Part shown: piece after piece, positions 63,678 to 64,000 of the stretch | Layout: each line of letters starts with the position of its first letter | Position numbering within the stretch: position 1 is the stretch's first letter | Source of the DNA: a virus | Lineage: Duplodnaviria; Caudoviricetes | Reading direction: 5' to 3' (one strand) | IMG/VR virus record: IMGVR_UViG_2700989005_000001 | Location: 1 to 64,000 of that record | DNA length: 64,000 nucleotides | Translations under genes and position numbers: made by a program | The notes under the pieces: model-generated | Database searches by the model: none | What the model was told of the DNA's origin: nothing | What the model saw: only the letters and a program-made list of their open reading frames with translations

Positions 63678-64000
63678 TGGAAATTGAAATCGAACGTAAA
63701 TGGCTAGTTACTGGCGAACAATATCGCGAATTTGTAAACTGGCTGAGCTATCGTGACAGCGACACCACGGGAATGAACATATATCAACGTTATTTCAAGA
63801 AAAATGAAATCGCTTTTATTGATGGTTCGTTTTACATCAACAGTCGAGTGAAAGCACATCGCGGTTATCTAATCAAAGCACCGAAAGATTGCCCTGACTT
63901 AACTGGCGTGAATCTACGTAAGCTCGGTGCTCGTATGCGTCGAACTGTGCATGAAGATTCATCTGAAAGTCTTGAATTCACTATCAAGTTACCTCACGGT
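63677..64000 (+). CDS. CYTH-domain (triphosphate tunnel) protein, truncated by window end
   Basis: MEIEIERKWLV ExExK motif, later RMR and FTIK. Confidence 0.75.
   Translation, partial: MEIEIERKWLVTGEQYREFVNWLSYRDSDTTGMNIYQRYFKKNEIAFIDGSFYINSRVKAHRGYLIKAPKDCPDLTGVNLRKLGARMRRTVHEDSSESLEFTIKLPHG

Overview
64 kb of a large T4-like myovirus genome (Straboviridae). Gene content and order most resemble KVP40/nt-1-type Vibrio phages (Schizotequatrovirus); this placement is inferred from recognised proteins, not from a database search. Almost all genes are on the + strand, with many small early ORFs. Recognisable genes: dCMP deaminase; a 7-deazaguanine cluster (QueD-like, FolE, TGT/DpdA-like, QueF, QueC, free-standing class II glutamine amidotransferase); gp31; endonuclease VII; RNA ligase 2; an ArdA-like protein next to an N6-adenine methyltransferase; rIIA/rIIB; a K+ channel; a Pol-beta nucleotidyltransferase; Dda; NadM-Nudix; a GIY-YIG endonuclease; tk; DenV; NadR; PnuC; and a partial CYTH protein. 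The most striking non-coding signal is a co-oriented, roughly 11-12 bp phased array of DnaA boxes (7 perfect TGTGNATAA plus 1 near match, 33387-33495). It sits where local strand composition flips from C-rich to G-rich although genes on both sides stay on the + strand. This suggests a bacterial oriC-like, DnaA-binding origin or a DnaA sink in a phage family thought to be DnaA-independent. Other notable signals: about 13 copies of a terminator/promoter/leader cassette, two structured late leaders, a 9-bp TTAG array, five capsid-targeted internal-protein candidates and several paralog families. No tRNA, rRNA or CRISPR array was recognised.
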